The notes under the pieces were generated by a model that searched no databases, was not told the DNA's origin, and saw only the letters and a list, made by a program, of their open reading frames with translations. From the NCBI RefSeq assembly GCF_009914755.1, contig NC_060942.1: a stretch of 64,000 nucleotides of DNA; one strand, 5' to 3'. The translations under genes and the position numbers were made by a program. This document shows, piece by piece, positions 54,785 to 64,000 of this stretch (the stretch's first letter is position 1; the number at the start of each line of letters is the position of its first letter). Origin of the DNA: the human T2T-CHM13v2.0 reference genome, Homo sapiens.

Positions 54785-56473
54785 AAGAAGTCGTCTATTT
54801 AAACTTCCCACCAGATGAAGCAAATGAAAGCAATGGCTTGTTCTTAGAGTGATTAACTTGCTCGTTAGTTCTATTATCACCCCACATAGCTCATCTCATT
54901 TTTTAATGTATTAATCCATCCTCTTTAACCATGTTCTTGTGTCTTCCTTTAACAATGTAGTTTTAATGACTAAATTTTTAATTGATTTATCTATAAATAT
55001 TTTGGGGTAATAAAAATAAATCAAAATATTAAGATTAGGATTAAAATCATTATTTCAACGCCAAAGAATTGCTTGTAATTTTTTGTTAGTAGTTGATTTC
55101 TGAGTCTAGTACTGTCAAATGTTGGAAACATAGAAGTAAAGATTCTCCAATTCTGACACTCACAGATGATTCATTCTCTGCTCAGGGAAAACGTACAGTT
55201 AGCACTTACACCATTGTGGGTATGTTTCTGTTTTACCTCTTACCTCAAGGTTAACTTACCTTAGCTTTTAGATTATTGTAGATTGAATCACATTGGACTA
55301 AAGGTAATTTTTTGCTGAAAATTTCATATTGTCTTATATTAAATCATGAAATACTATTTATGAGGCGATTGTGAATTAATAACATAAATATAATAACTTT
55401 TCTCATTATTATTATTTGTAGTCAGTTATAACAGTCACAATAATGTATGTAACAAATACCAACTTCTACAACTGGAAATTATTTTTAATAATTTAGAGAA
55501 ATAAACCACCATTATCTTTGATCAAAGTAGTACCATTTTTCAAAATGGAGAAAAACTACAACCCATAATCATAAAAAATATTTTACTGCTAAGCTTATGT
55601 AGAATATGATATTCACCAAATAGTTTAATTCAATAATGTCATTTTGCTGGTCAAAAGCAAGGACATTCATTAAATTAGTACACACAAACACAGACACACA
55701 CACTTACAGTTGAATAGAAAGAAATGTATCAATGAACTTCCTTTAAAAGAGATGGCCACCTGATCACTTAAACAATCTCCTTGGGGACTTGACAAGCCTC
55801 TCCGTAGAAAATTAATCTGGACTTTGAAAACAGAAGACAAGGGCATTTGTGTGAACACCCCATAACTTATCTACAATGCTTAGATATTGATTTGTTTACT
55901 ATCAAGCCGGTGATCAGCAATATGTTTTAAAAAGTAAATAAGTAAAATTTTGGACAAAAATTGTATAGCACTTAAATCATTAAATAATTAATTACATAGA
56001 AAATTTTCCAAAGTAAGATTGTACAGATACAAAACACTGTATGGGAAGTCTGTGTTTAGCCCAAAACCACATTAATAAAACCCTTTTAACATACTGTGAA
56101 CTGCAGCAATAAAAAGGACCAGATCACAGACTGTGTCAAAGCACTAAATATTTTATTTCTCTTTCCTTTGAATAACATCTTTCTGGTGTCATAGGTGAAA
56201 CTTCCCATGATTCATCACTCTAAATCTGAGGAGTGAAAAAAATCAAAAGACAGAGGAAGATACAGAGGGAAGAGAAAATCAGGAGAGGTAAAGAAAGGAC
56301 GCAATATTAAATATGCTTTCTTTTTCTTAACTTTCCTCTTTTTCTCCTAAACATGAGATTTGCAGCTGAATAATAATTCCTTAATAGAAAAATAAAATGT
56401 AAAAGTTTTTGTTTTGTTCTGCTTCATTTATCAGAAACATTAGAAAGAGGAAGAGAAAGAGAGAGACAGAAAC

Positions 56474-56647
56474 AGAGAGAAACAGACGAAGATAATCAGT
56501 TGAACAAAACTCAAAGAAGGAATTAGTTTGTAGAGAGAAACAGACGAAGATAATCAGTTGAACAAAACTCAAAGAAGGAATTAGTTTGTAGAGAGAAACA
56601 GACGAAGATAATCAGTTGAACAAAACTCAAAGAAGGAATTAGTTTGT
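56474..56647. repeat. 58-bp minisatellite, three perfect copies
   Basis: AGAGAGAAACAGACGAAGATAATCAGTTGAACAAAACTCAAAGAAGGAATTAGTTTGT at 56474, 56532 and 56590. Confidence 0.98.
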
Positions 56648-56879
56648 CATTGTATAGATCTTCTTACAATCAACACTATTTGATTTTTTTTTATGGTACA
56701 CCAAAGGTTAAATCAACTGAAAAAAAGAAAGGTTATACATGCAGTGAATTCTCAGAGCTATTTGCAAGGCAGTTAACATTTTTTGGTAACATGATTTTAT
56801 TATAGGTTAAGAGCTAATTATTTTCCTCTGTACTTTGTTAAAACTAAAAGATGGACTTGTCACATATCTCCTATTTAAT

Positions 56880-57010
56880 CTTTTAGCATCTGTTTTTCAT
56901 CTGTAAAATGAGTTATTACACTTGATCTTAGCCACAAGGCCAAGAAGTGATATAAAATGAGTTATTAATCTCTTCCCAAGCTGTTTGAAAGTGTAAAATG
57001 AGATGGCAAA
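56880..57010 (+). mobile_element. MIR fragment hosting the U2 insertion
   Basis: TCTGTTTTTCATCTGTAAAATGAG core. Confidence 0.6.
56917..56951 (-). pseudogene. U2 snRNA 5' fragment (nt 1-35), tailless retropseudogene
   Basis: Reverse complement ATCACTTCTTGGCCTTGTGGCTAAGATCAAGTGTA versus U2 ATCGCTTCTCGGCCTTTTGGCTAAGATCAAGTGTA: 32/35; flanked by TAAAATGAGTTATTA at 56904-56918 and 56953-56967. Confidence 0.93.
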
Positions 57011-57508
57011 AGAAAAATTATTTCAGATTTAAAACTCTTAATGATGCATCCATGCTTTAAAAGAAAAAAATGTAAACTTCAAACAGAAAAATTCTATACA
57101 ACTATTGGTGATGTATTGAAATTGAGCCAAATATATATTTATCTGAAATGTATGTGATATATATAGTTTTTGTTTTTATTAAAATGCCCAAACACCAAAA
57201 TAACTACATGTATACCTAAGTGACTAATGGATTAACAGAATTTTACTGGAGTATCTAAAAATTGTGTTTTCTAACATGGGATTTTTAGAAATTATGACTT
57301 GGCAGAATTCAATACACATATCTTAATATCACAACATGTCATAAAAACATAATTTAAATAATATTAGCAAGGCTAATTATGTTTATTTAAGTGACTGACA
57401 TACAGATATGTAATAACCCAAGGTTTAAAATAAAAATAATCAGTAAAAGGGGACTAATTGGAAAATAAAGACATTTATAAATAGTTTTTACTAAGCAAAT
57501 GTTAAGGA

Positions 57509-57961
57509 TGTCTTAGTCCACTTTGTATTGCTAAAACAAAACACCTGAAAATGGGTAATTTATAAAGAAAAGAGGTTTATTTGCTTATGATTCTGGAGAC
57601 TGATAAGTCCAAGATTTGGCAGCTGTATCTGGTGAGGGCCTCAGGCTGCTTCTTCTCATGGAGGAAAGTGGAAGGGAGGTGAGTCTGTGCAAAGAGATCA
57701 TATGAGAGAGAAGAAGCAAAAGAGCAAATCCAAGGAAGCAAGACTCTTTCTAACAACCCACTCCCTGGGAAATTAATCCATTCTTGCAAAAGTGAAAACT
57801 CACACTTACCTCAGCAGGAGGGCATTAATCTACTCATATGGGGTCTAGCCCCATGACTAAAACACGTCTCTTTAGGCCCTACATCCCTACACTGCCACGT
57901 TAGGGATCAAATTTCAACATGAGTTTTGATAGACATAAACAAACAATATCCAAACCATGAA
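57509..57961 (-). mobile_element. MSTB-like MaLR solo LTR
   Basis: TGTCTTAGTCC...GGGTAATTTATAAAGAAAAGAGGTTTATTTG...GGGATCAAATTTCAACATGAG...TATCCAAACCAT. Confidence 0.88.
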
Positions 57962-58269
57962 TCTAATTCTTCAACTTTGGAGAAAGAGGATTCAATTAAT
58001 TTTCCCCAACACTCCCTCATGCCTACTCTATGCACAAATTAGGGGAGACTGTCCTTAAAGAAAGAATTTTTAACTGCAAACAGAAACTGATGCCAAGCCC
58101 CACAAGATAGTATACTTGGAAGCTACTGAAGAGCAGACAAAATAATCAGAGATGATTATCATTCATAGTGGCTATCAGTATCTTCTCTGTTGAATTTTCT
58201 ATCAGGAATTGTTGCTGCAACTTTTGAATCAGCATTATAAGTTTTTATGTTATTTTTGTATAAGAAATA

Positions 58270-58765
58270 GTTGTATTATTTTATCTACATCTACCAGACA
58301 TCTCAACCTGCCTGTACCATACATTACTGAAACTCAACATATTCATAACTATATTTATTTTTCCCTCAAACTATCTCAACCTTCTGTTTTTTTTCTATTC
58401 TTGTTCTATTCTTCTTGTCTACTCTAGTTCAAATATAGTAACCATAAAATTATTTTGAACTGCTCCCCATCCTCCACAGTATATTATTACATTGAATTGA
58501 TTCCTTTCCTGAATTTTCTCTCACATTTCTCCTCTCCTCTCCTTCCAAATAACTAGAATTTTATTTAAGATCCATTTATCTCCTGCCAACTTTTCAAATA
58601 ACTTTATCATGTCTCCCTATCCAACCTCTTCCTACTCCAATCTACTCTTCATAGTTGCCAAATCCCTCTAGAGAAGAGCAAATTTTGTTACTTCTCTGCT
58701 TAGAAATCATTTTTAGCGGGGGGGGGGGGGGGGCGGTCTATATAAATATAAACTATAAACCCTTC
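58270..58765 (+). mobile_element. L2 fragment
   Basis: CTACTCCAATCTACTCTTCATAGTTGCCA, GTTACTTCTCTGCTTAGAA motifs. Confidence 0.6.
58718..58733 (+). repeat. G16 homopolymer
   Basis: Direct reading. Confidence 0.9.
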
Positions 58766-58770
58766 AATGA

Positions 58771-59243
<473 letters not shown>

Positions 59244-59367
59244 CTACCGACCAACACTTCCTTCAGGTCTTTGAGCCAGTGTGACATGCCACTGAATATT
59301 TACTCCACACATAATAACTCAGAGGTAGCAGTGTTCAAAAGAATAAATGAATGCATGAATTCTAAGC

Positions 59368-59736
<369 letters not shown>

Positions 59737-60060
59737 TAGTAAGAAAGGTGACTTTAATGCCTACAAAATATATAAATTCATGCTGATTTCAATGACATCT
59801 AAGTAGTATGACCACCATACACTCCTAGGATGTAACTTTTTATCTCTTCCTTTCTTTAAACTAGGTTCAAACCTAGCATAAAGAAAAATTATTTCTCAGC
59901 TCCTCATATTCAGTAAAGCCCTGTAAAATAATCATAGCATTAAGTACATAGGTAATAATAGTGCCTTACATTTATATAATGCTTTATAATTTATGGATTT
60001 CTTTTAAAAATGATCTCATTTGATCTTCAGAACTGCCTTTTATTCTGTAGAAGACAAGCA

Positions 60061-60388
60061 TAGGTATACGATCCTTCATCTGTTATTTCAAAAGCCAAAA
60101 ACTCTGAAGACCAAAAGTTTTATGATTTATTGTAAAGTGTGTTGCCAGAACTCTTTTAAAGGCAAAACTATTATGAGCTTTTGTGAGGCAGTTTACGGCT
60201 CTTACTTTTCCCACTTAGTGTAGATATTCATGAATCACTGCAAATATATTACTGTGTTTCTTTGTGGAGTGCTGCCCCAGATCCTACGTGGTATTAAACA
60301 ATATATGATGTATGCACTCATTATTTTTCTAAATTTGAATTTAGACATGACTGGATCCATAGGTTTTAAATAATGCATTGTGGGACAC
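60061..60388 (-). mobile_element. MER46C-like Tigger-family element inside a MIR
   Basis: CCAAAAACTCTGAAGACCAAAAGTTT, CCCACTTAGTGT, GTGCTGCCCCAGA motifs. Confidence 0.7.
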
Positions 60389-60954
60389 TTTGATATGGTT
60401 AATTTAATGATGAAAAAACTAGCTTCTAATAGTTAACTCATCCACAGTCATACTTCAAGGTAATTCTCATTTCAGGTCTAGTGTTTTGATGACTTTGTTT
60501 GAACATATATTTGCTACACAAAGATGTTTATTTGGTACAATAAATAGTAAAAATGTTGTATCACAGTAGCTACCTTTAAATATACTATTTGTCTGGCATG
60601 AGTTGGGGCAAAATATGATTTTTCATTCTTGTGTAAATTGTCACATGAACAAGTTACAAGTATTCTGAGAAATAAGAAATATAGATGTTTCTCAATCTAT
60701 AAAGTATTTGAATGACAGACCTTCAAAAATCTAAGTGGCTATTTACTCAGAGTGAAAGTCAACTTCTTATTCAACATAGTGCTTCTGCCAATAAATATTT
60801 AACTACAAGTAGACACTCACTGATGTTTCCAAAATAAACATGCCTACTGGAAAGGAATATGTTTTTCTGATCCAGATAGACTATTTCTTCTACCCTCCAC
60901 AACCTTATAATTCTCTTTAAAGATATGAAAGTTCACATATCAAAATAAGTTAAA

Positions 60955-61190
60955 CAGCCTTTTAGGGAGCTACTCACTATTCTAAGTGCTTTTTGTATAG
61001 CAGGATTTAACGTTCACAATAATCTTATGAGTTAATTACTACTATTATTCCCTTTTTGTAAAAGAGGAAATGGAAGCACGAAGAGGTTAATTGACTTCCT
61101 CATGGTCACACAGTAAGTGACCAAGCTGGAATTTTAACCCATGCAGTCTGGCTCCACAATGTGTATGCGTGTCCTCTGTACCATAACATA
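60955..61190 (-). mobile_element. MIR SINE
   Basis: ACTATTATTCCCTTTTTGTAAAAGAGGAAATGGAAGCACGAAGAGGTTAATTGACTTCCTCATGGTCACACAG. Confidence 0.88.
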
Positions 61191-61639
61191 GAACATCCAG
61201 AGTATTAATGAAGCAAAGCAGGACCTCTAAGTATTCATACTTAGCAGATAATCAATCAAGAACCCAAACACATGAGAGCAAAGAGAAAGAATGGAACAAG
61301 AAACAAATTTATCGCATATTGTCAGATAATACATTTAAGCTAATGCAGCATTAAGGTTAACTTAAGGCAATTTCACCTGATTTTAACTTTTAAAGTCTAT
61401 AACTGCCAATGAAGGGTTTGATTGAGGTATGATTTCTTTTTTTATTGTATGTGAGATCACATGGCTTCAGAATTGCATTATTAATGATAAAAGAGACCCC
61501 AAAATATATTAAACTGGTCTTCAGTTTCATCTTTAGTGAGGTATTAATAATATATATCATCATCCTTTTAAAAAGGATAAAATAGAAGCAATTTTACTCT
61601 CTATCATTGGTGCACTTTACATAAGACATAAGCATTCCT

Positions 61640-62140
61640 TATATAAATCATTTTTGTGTCATTACTGTATCCCAGGTATTCCTAGGCATCAAAACACCAT
61701 AATAAAAAACACTATCCCTGTCTTTAAATCATTCATAGGGTAATAAAAGGAACATAGAAGTAAATCATAAATTACAACCTAGTGCAATTGCTAGGAGAGA
61801 AGTAACCACAGGTATTATGAGAACAGAAATGGTTTAGGCTACCCTGACATAAAGGAGGAAATCATTGCATTAAGTCTTAAATGATCTTTCAAGTTATCAT
61901 GGAATAAACTGGAAGAAATGAGCCTCTCAACATAATAAAGATATGTTCAAAGCCTTTAAGTAAAAGAAGGTGTCGAGCGCTGAGGAAATTGCAAACAACT
62001 TGGGGTATCTGGAGTTTGACATGTGCCTAGACTGCTTGAGAGTAGATGAGTGTGTCAAAATGGGTAGGGCCCAGATAACCTGAGATCTGGATTGTTTGAC
62101 TAAGCAATTTGGCTTTTATTCTGCAGAAGATCATGAGGTA
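61640..62140 (-). mobile_element. L2 3' region
   Basis: TACTGTATCCCAGGTATTCCTAGGCA...TAAGCAATTTGGCTTTTATTCT. Confidence 0.65.
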
Positions 62141-62942
62141 TTCCAACATTTCACTTTTTCAAATTTTTTTTTGACATAATTTTAGATTTAAAGAAAACCT
62201 AAAAAAATAGTACAGGGACTTTCTATATTCCTTCATTCATCTTCTCATAGTTAACATTTTTTTAATGTATACAGTTATTGAAACCAGGAAATTAACATTG
62301 GTGTTAAATAAATAATCTATGGAATAATAAAATAATCTATGGAACTTAAATAAGCTATGGAACTTAACTCCACTTTCATTCATTTCCATACTAATGTCAT
62401 TTTCCATATCTAGGAACCGATCCAGTATTCCACATTTCATTTAGTGCTCATGTTTCTTTAGTTTCCTTCAATGCCTCAGTCTTTCTTCATCATGCATGAA
62501 CTTTGACACTCTTTGAAGAATACTAGTTATTTTTTAGATTGTCTTTCAATTTAGAATTTTTTAATGGCTTTTCATAATTAAATTAATGCTGTACCTTTCT
62601 CAATGGATACATCAGGTGGTACGCAATTGCAATACATCTTATCTGTATACACTAGAGTTGTCATATGGCAAATTTCTTCTTTATTTTCCCTTTGTAATTA
62701 ATAATTATTTGTGGGGTGATACTTTGGATCTATGTAAAAATCCTACTTCATACTATGCATTAAGTCACCACTTTTATGATGATTTTGATTACGATTTTTG
62801 CCTGCAAAAAATTATTACCATGATGGTTACTTCATGATGATTTCTAGTTCCATGATTTCTTCTACACTTATTAATTGGAATTCTATAACAAAGAGCTGTT
62901 CATTTGCCCCTCATTATTTCTTCAATTATTTATTTCTATGAG

Positions 62943-63321
62943 TGTATTAATTCATTCTCATGCTTCTATAAGGACATACCAGAGACTGGGTAATTTATAA
63001 AGGAAAAATGTTTAATTGACTCACAGTTCTGCCGGGCTAGGCAGGGCTCAGAAAAACTGACAATCGCGGAGAAAGAGGAAGCAAACACGTCCTTTTTCAC
63101 AAGGAGGAAGGAGAGAGAAGAATGAGAGCCGAGCAAAAGGGGAAGCACCTTATAAAACCATCAGATCTAGTGAGAACTTACTCATTATCATAATAATAGC
63201 ATGAGGGAAACTGCCCCCATGATTCAATTACCTCCTGCCAGGTCCCTCCCACCACACATGATGATTATGGGAACTATAATTCAAGATTTGACTTAGTTGG
63301 GGACACAGCCAAACCATATCA
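62943..63321 (-). mobile_element. THE1C-like solo LTR
   Basis: TGTATTA...GAGACTGGGTAATTTATAAAGGAAA...GGGACACAGCCAAACCATATCA; flanks ATGAG / ATGAA. Confidence 0.92.
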
Positions 63322-63610
63322 ATGAATATAGAGTCATAGATGTATGGTTTATTCTGTGGGTTTTATTCCATTACTATCATTATTTATTTTGTTTTTGTAA
63401 ATGGCTCCAGACTTGAACATCAAGAGCATCTTCAGGTTCACTCTGGTGTCTCTTTGACATGGCCCATTTTTCCTTTTTTGAGCACTTCTGTACTTTCTGT
63501 CATCACAAGCTATTCTATGATTACATTACATATGCTCTGGCCAACCCTTAGAATCAGCCGTTTCCTGAAAAATCTTTAGAGCCTTTTATTGGTGAATGCT
63601 GTTTGGAAGC

Positions 63611-63965
63611 TGATATGGTTTGGCTCTGTGTTCCCACCCAAATCTCATCTTGAATTGTAATCCTCAGGTATTGAGGGAGGGACCTGAAATAATTGGATTA
63701 TGGAGGCAGTTTCCCTCTTGCTGTTCTCATGATAGTGAGTGAGTCTCACAATATTTGATGGTTTTAAAAGTGGCAGTTTTTCTTGTGCTCCCATTCATTC
63801 CCTTTCCTGCTGCTTTGTGAAGAAGGTTCCTACTTCCACCATGATTGTAAGCTTCCTGAGGCCTCCTCAGCCTTGCAGAACTGTGAGTCAATTAAGCCTC
63901 CATTGTTTATAAGGTATTCAGTCTTGGGTAGTATCTTTATAGCAGTGTGAGAATGCACTAACACA
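63611..63965 (+). mobile_element. THE1D-like solo LTR
   Basis: TGATATGGTTTGGCTCTGTGT...CTTTATAGCAGTGTGAGAATGCACTAACACA; perfect 5-bp TSD GAAGC (63606-63610 / 63966-63970). Confidence 0.93.
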
Positions 63966-64000
63966 GAAGCCAAAACCTGAAGAAGTTTAATTTATTGAAG

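Larger units (their letters stand above)
62160..64000 (-). mobile_element. L1MC4/5-like 3' end interrupted by two THE1 LTRs
   Basis: GAAACCAGGAAATTAACATTGG, TAGGAACCGATCCAGTATTCCACATTTCATTTAG, CCTTAGAATCAGCCGTTTC motifs. Confidence 0.75.

Noticed and set aside
56474-56647. CRISPR-like regular repeat
   Set aside because: Units are contiguous with no spacers, no cas genes, and the DNA is primate.
62311-62367. About three copies of an 18-20 bp unit (AATAATCTATGGAA)
   Set aside because: Ordinary slippage inside an old L1; no further signal.

Overview
AT-rich, gene-poor primate genomic DNA (AluY/AluS/AluJ, L1PA, THE1 and MST elements imply human or another simian), intergenic or deep intronic. 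I find no credible intact protein-coding gene: the ORF track consists of broken L1 ORF1/ORF2 pieces, a HAL1 ORF1 remnant, a Tigger2 C-terminal remnant and chance ORFs. Much of the window is recognisable transposon fossil, including a full-length dead L1PA10-like element (45038-51460) nested in an MLT2 LTR, an internally deleted L1PA13-16-like element, a HAL1, a complete Tigger3b, five Alus and many solo LTRs. Subfamily names come from my recall of consensus sequences, not from a search, and boundaries of old elements are approximate. The most unusual structure is a gap-free 214-bp inverted duplication (30218-30431 / 30786-30999, 203/214 identical, 354-bp spacer) that crosses a transposon boundary and could act as an invertible switch or long dsRNA hairpin. 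Other notable items are a tailless U2 snRNA retropseudogene with a target-site duplication, a collapsed ERV remnant with a tRNA-Lys primer-binding site, several young tandem duplications and an unexplained GC-rich island. The sequence alone does not demonstrate a new biological system.
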